Shown: piece by piece, positions 38,169 through 41,879 of the stretch
Position numbering within the stretch: the stretch's first letter is position 1
Layout: each line of letters opens with the position of its first letter
Virus record (IMG/VR): IMGVR_UViG_3300029953_000002
Length of the DNA: 41,879 nucleotides
Direction: 5' to 3' (one strand)
DNA from: an uncultured virus (IMG/VR IMGVR_UViG_3300029953_000002)
Lineage: Duplodnaviria; Heunggongvirae; Uroviricota; Caudoviricetes
Made by a program: the position numbers and the translations under genes
The notes under the pieces: model-generated
What the model was told of the DNA's origin: nothing
The model's database searches: none
What the model saw: the letters and a program-made list of their open reading frames with translations, nothing else

Positions 38169-38651
38169 TTAGTACCTATTCCAATTAGCGTCCCATTCGA
38201 TATCGCTTCGAAGGTGACGAAGTTTAGAATCCATCGACGACTTGATTTCTCGAGTAGCGTCTCTGACAGCGTTGTTCACTTCTGCCTTCATCGCATTGAT
38301 GATCTCAGCCTTCATTTCCTCGACTGCCGCACGTTCGTTGAAACGAGTAGCGTATTCTGGATCAGCCGCCATACGTGCAATATGTAAATCATGCTCTTGT
38401 TTACGCGCTTCCCTAGCTGCTTTGCAATCTTCTGCATTCTTACGATTACGCAAGATGATAATCTTTGCGGCATCAGATACAAACGCAATGTCCTTCAGAC
38501 CGATTTCAACAGTATATACTTCAGTATTTAGCGCATCTTCGGCAGCACGTATTTCCTCACCTCTCTTGCGTTCTTGTATTTTACTGTAGACACCAGCACT
38601 TACTAATGCTGTAAGTCCGGTTACCAGCAAACCAGCAATGATCTTGTTCAT
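38169..38651 (-). CDS. Single-TM coiled-coil protein
   Basis: MNKIIAGLLVTGLTALVSAGVY then a charged helical region; GGAG RBS. Confidence 0.75.
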   Translation of the reverse strand: MNKIIAGLLVTGLTALVSAGVYSKIQERKRGEEIRAAEDALNTEVYTVEIGLKDIAFVSDAAKIIILRNRKNAEDCKAAREARKQEHDLHIARMAADPEYATRFNERAAVEEMKAEIINAMKAEVNNAVRDATREIKSSMDSKLRHLRSDIEWDANWNRY

Positions 38652-38686
38652 TTTTTTATTCTCCAGTATTGAAATAGATTTAAATC

Positions 38687-38806
38687 TTACTGACGCCAGT
38701 ATGCAGCGTCACCTTGTTGTTTGTTTGCGATTGTCCTGTTTATATACTCGATTGCGTAATGCGCAGCAATCGCTGACACAACACAGATTACAATACTCTT
38801 AATCAT
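38687..38806 (-). CDS. 39-aa hydrophobic peptide (not in track)
   Basis: MIKSIVICVVSAIAAHYAIEYINR...; AAGGAG RBS. Confidence 0.6.
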   Translation of the reverse strand: MIKSIVICVVSAIAAHYAIEYINRTIANKQQGDAAYWRQ

Positions 38807-38821
38807 GACTGACTCCTTAGC

Positions 38822-38950
38822 TTAGAAACGATGACAGGATTCGTGGATTGTGAAAAGCAGATTACCGATGGATGAACCGATAATCATTCCACCGATAACA
38901 TTGAACATGAGTTCGTATTCAGTAATGACATTTTTCAATTTCGTAAACAT
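38822..38950 (-). CDS. 42-aa hydrophobic peptide (not in track)
   Basis: MFTKLKNVITEYELMFNVIGGMIIGSSIGNLLFTIH...; AAGGGG RBS right after the early motif. Confidence 0.55.
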   Translation of the reverse strand: MFTKLKNVITEYELMFNVIGGMIIGSSIGNLLFTIHESCHRF

Positions 38951-38985
38951 AATTTAACCCCTTAGGCAAGATACTTCTTTACTAT

Positions 38986-39022
38986 CTCGCCTAAGGTATA
39001 TATGTCTGAAATATTCTAGGAT
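38986..39022 (-). promoter_or_regulatory. Early promoter repeat, copy 3
   Basis: Minus strand ATCCTAGAATATTTCAGACATATATACCTTAGGCGAG. Confidence 0.8.
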
Positions 39023-39027
39023 ACTAA

Positions 39028-39210
39028 TCAGCTTCTAGCGGCAATGATTGCTTTTGTAACCTTCCATCCAATCGCGTATCCTACAACAGCAGATACAGAT
39101 AAAATACAAAGAAAGACTGGTATACTCATACCTTTCTTTTCTTCATATTCTTTTACTTCTGCGTCAGCTTGTTCCGGTGTTATGTGTACGTTTTTCATGA
39201 CATTCTCCAT
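39028..39210 (-). CDS. Small protein with C-terminal TM helix
   Basis: IPVFLCILSVSAVVGYAIGW. Confidence 0.65.
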   Translation of the reverse strand: MENVMKNVHITPEQADAEVKEYEEKKGMSIPVFLCILSVSAVVGYAIGWKVTKAIIAARS

Positions 39211-39332
39211 TGATTAAAAAAGTGTTTTGAGTAACGATATTTCTATCAAGACTCGCAACTACTACGTATGTTTGAAAAAATCTAGAATCTATTTAATTTA
39301 AAATCAATAACGAATAATGAATTCCACTCAAT

Positions 39333-39369
39333 CTCACCAAGATTATATATGTCTAAGATATTCTAGGAT
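39333..39369 (-). promoter_or_regulatory. Early promoter repeat, copy 4
   Basis: Minus strand ATCCTAGAATATCTTAGACATATATAATCTTGGTGAG. Confidence 0.78.
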
Positions 39370-39415
39370 AGTGTTTTTAACGGCATAAATGCCAAGCTAT
39401 TCACTTGGCTATTTT

Positions 39416-39740
39416 TATAATGTTGTCATTTTTACAACCTGCAATTAATATACTTAAGTATACTATTGGGGCTCCGCCCCCAAAATCCACTAAGGGAAGA
39501 CTGCCCAACAGGCTTACCGCTTATGATCATTTTATATAATTGCAGGTTTTAGTTTCTGCAAATAATAGATTATGACAGTAAAAAATTACTTTAATTGTAT
39601 TTTTGATAATTAATATTTCAATTATTGATTTTTATTTTAAGAAAGTAATTTTGATTATATTTATTATAATCAATACAAAAATCTATTGGAGCCTTTAAAG
39701 TTTACTCATTGGGCCGTGTTGTCAAAATGACAACATTATA
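39416..39740. repeat. Inverted-repeat-flanked AT-rich non-coding element
   Basis: 22/23-bp terminal inverted repeat TATAATGTTGTCATTTTnACAAC; nested 12-bp IR AACCTGCAATTA / TAATTGCAGGTT. Confidence 0.75.
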
Positions 39741-39803
39741 TTTAGTTATTAAATTAGCGTTATTATTGTGAACGTTCTTACATTTAATAAAAAGGAATTC
39801 GCT

Positions 39804-40433
39804 ATGAGTTTACTAAGATTGAGATTAGCCGTCGAGGCTTACGATGCCCCTCAAGACACAATCCCTAACGATGGTGTTAACCAAACAATCGTAATGAAAG
39901 GTCCTTTGTCTGATATATATACAAAGGCACTGAATATTGCCTATGCAAAAAAAGATAAACTTACTGGTGAAGTAGAACCAGTAGAAGAAACTAATATCGT
40001 ACAAGATACTAAGGTAGGTGGCGCAATGCCACCTGCTAATAATATTCTTCAAGATCCAGTAGCAATCGAAAATTTAGTTAGTGCGTTAGAAAGTCAAGCT
40101 ATTGATGCAGCATTAATGGAAAAACTTTCTCGTACTCTAAACGATGCATCAGACGATGCTCCACCTACAGATTCGTTTCAGACGGTCTATGGAGTGTCTA
40201 GAGACGATTTAAATGAAGAGGACCTAGTTTCTATAGCAAAAGACGTATCGACTCAACCTGAGTCCACTAGCGAATATATCGTCGTGATTGATCGTACAGG
40301 ATGTAGTAGCGATGACCCAGAACAAGTAATGAAATTATCTAGCGCAATTGAAAGTTTAATCGATGCGTTTGGTGGTAAGGTATTTAGTAGCTTAGAAGAT
40401 TACGTACATTACCAAGCTACGCTATTGGGTTAA
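39804..40433 (+). CDS. Putative virion head protein
   Basis: Start 39804 behind AAGGA; acidic; AVE/ALE/AIE sites fit the S/A/G-X-E prohead-protease motif of phiKZ-like phages. Confidence 0.6.
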   Translation: MSLLRLRLAVEAYDAPQDTIPNDGVNQTIVMKGPLSDIYTKALNIAYAKKDKLTGEVEPVEETNIVQDTKVGGAMPPANNILQDPVAIENLVSALESQAIDAALMEKLSRTLNDASDDAPPTDSFQTVYGVSRDDLNEEDLVSIAKDVSTQPESTSEYIVVIDRTGCSSDDPEQVMKLSSAIESLIDAFGGKVFSSLEDYVHYQATLLG

Positions 40434-40481
40434 TTTTCACTATATTAATCACGCGTACGTAAACTAACAGAGCGGTCGATA

Positions 40482-41729
40482 ATGGAAACTATAAAAAGCA
40501 TATTTGATGAGGAATGTGTTAAACTTGTCATCGATAAACATTTACTAAAAAAGATTAGTCAGTATCAACTTTTCTTTGTAAATAAAAATGAGGACCATAT
40601 TAAGTTTTTTGGTGGTAATTTACTAGGTGTGCAAGTAGTTAGGTTCATGCCGCAGGACTATGATCATTGGTTCGATGAAGTGCTTTGTATTGATTATGGT
40701 CCATTAGGTGAGCGTCTAGAAACCCTAGAAGAAATACAACCAGAATTTCGTAAAGTTACAAGTGATACTTTTAATCTATCTTGTATTTGGTTATGTCATG
40801 CTATTTTAAATAGTCATTACTTAACCCCTGAAGAAAAACAAACTGGTATGATTGATACTTTACTAGTTTTGCAATATAAATTCATTACAAGTTTACTGTA
40901 TCATTATTTCAAATACCCAGCAGATAGACAAGTAGCAGAGGCAGCATATGCTCAACTAAGCTATAAGTTTGCCATTAAGGTGTATGGTAGCTGGGCTGCT
41001 GTTTTAAGAAATAGAGCCGAATCAATTTGCTCACAGATAGATCCTATTACAAACAAGCCAAGTATTCACTACGACGCTATTATGCATATGGGAGTAGATA
41101 AAGACGTAACTTATGTTTTATCGGATTCACAGGGACGTATTCGTGATATTGTAAAGAACTACTATTTTATTTTTGATATGGTTAAAAATAGTAATGGTAG
41201 GATTATTAGCACTTCGTCAATAGTGGAATATGATGGTGAAGTATTCCTTCGTGATAAGACTAAGAACTTAACAGCATATGGTCGTTATCTTAACTCCATT
41301 ATTACAGATAAGAATTCTTTTATTCGTAATGAACTAGTAGTTATCATTGAAAAACTAATGCACACAATGTCTCCTAGGTTATTCATGGAAACACTTGTGT
41401 GGATGTCTACAAACTATAGACAAGATGGTGTTGGTGTTATTGAAGAAGTTTTAAATGAAACACTAATTCATAGTTTTGATTATCTTAATCAAGAACGTGG
41501 TGTTGTGAGAAACACGACCGACATTCCTGGATTATTAGATAAGTTACGTGGTGTTTACATGTCGTCTAGAAGCACTGATCCTATTTTAATTTCTTTACGT
41601 AGTAAAATGGAAACAGTAGTTAAATTAGCTACTGGTAATAAGACAGAGTCAATGATCGCTAGCGTGCGCACTGCTACGATGTTATACATAGTGCTCAGAG
41701 CCTTTACAATGAAGCATTATACTGGTTAG
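40482..41729 (+). CDS. Conserved, probably virion structural protein
   Basis: 415 aa; FFGGNLLGV segment; plus-strand cluster. Confidence 0.7.
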   Translation: METIKSIFDEECVKLVIDKHLLKKISQYQLFFVNKNEDHIKFFGGNLLGVQVVRFMPQDYDHWFDEVLCIDYGPLGERLETLEEIQPEFRKVTSDTFNLSCIWLCHAILNSHYLTPEEKQTGMIDTLLVLQYKFITSLLYHYFKYPADRQVAEAAYAQLSYKFAIKVYGSWAAVLRNRAESICSQIDPITNKPSIHYDAIMHMGVDKDVTYVLSDSQGRIRDIVKNYYFIFDMVKNSNGRIISTSSIVEYDGEVFLRDKTKNLTAYGRYLNSIITDKNSFIRNELVVIIEKLMHTMSPRLFMETLVWMSTNYRQDGVGVIEEVLNETLIHSFDYLNQERGVVRNTTDIPGLLDKLRGVYMSSRSTDPILISLRSKMETVVKLATGNKTESMIASVRTATMLYIVLRAFTMKHYTG

Positions 41730-41733
41730 TATA

Positions 41734-41773
41734 CGGCATAAATAGCATCGGTATAATCCGATGCCATTTATGC
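41734..41773. terminator. Bidirectional terminator-like hairpin with GGCATAAA/TTTATGC arms
   Basis: GCATAAATAGCATCGG / CCGATGCCATTTATGC between convergent genes. Confidence 0.75.
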
Positions 41774-41783
41774 TTCTATGCCG

Positions 41784-41879
41784 CTATTGCCTTCTAATAA
41801 TTTCAGCTTCTGATAAAGGTTCACTTGATATACAGCCAGCTGGATTGAAGTAAACATTATCAGGCTGGACACTATTATT
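41784..41879 (-). CDS. 3' end of a gene entering from beyond the window
   Basis: Open frame NNSVQPDNVYFNPAGCISSEPLSEAEIIRRQ* ending near the terminator. Confidence 0.5.
   Translation of the reverse strand, partial: NNSVQPDNVYFNPAGCISSEPLSEAEIIRRQ

Noticed and set aside
35950..39369. Four ~37-bp repeats as a CRISPR array or transposon ends
   Set aside because: Irregular spacing of 0.3-2 kb, each upstream of genes on the same strand; they fit promoters
1..41879. tRNA or rRNA genes and alternative genetic code
   Set aside because: No cloverleaf or rRNA-like segment recognised by eye; long conserved ORFs are intact in the standard code and use all three stop codons

Overview
AT-rich segment of a nucleus-forming jumbo phage (phiKZ-like, Chimalliviridae). 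Most of the window is the conserved, mainly minus-strand core block: SF2 helicase, non-virion RNA polymerase subunits (phiKZ gp74-, gp71/73-, gp68- and gp55/56.1-like), a PicA/Imp1-like nuclear import factor, SbcD/Mre11 nuclease, chimallin, a family-B DNA polymerase subunit, a seven-gene paralogue array and PhuZ tubulin. An accessory early region of small membrane proteins and some plus-strand virion genes follow. Main observations: (1) the catalytic nvRNAP beta' gene is split by two tandem ORF-less group I introns, leaving most of the NADFDGD active-site motif on a 20-nt micro-exon, and it appears to start at ATA; (2) a ~410-nt ORF-free element upstream of the DNA polymerase gene folds, on the minus strand, into hairpins whose loops display anti-Shine-Dalgarno sequences; (3) an early gene fuses a Csx20-like (putative cOA ring nuclease) domain to an RNAP alpha-CTD mimic; (4) a TPR-sulfotransferase; (5) eight copies of an early-promoter-like motif; (6) a palindrome-flanked AT-rich origin-like region. 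phiKZ gp equivalences rest on remembered motifs, sizes and synteny, not on database searches.
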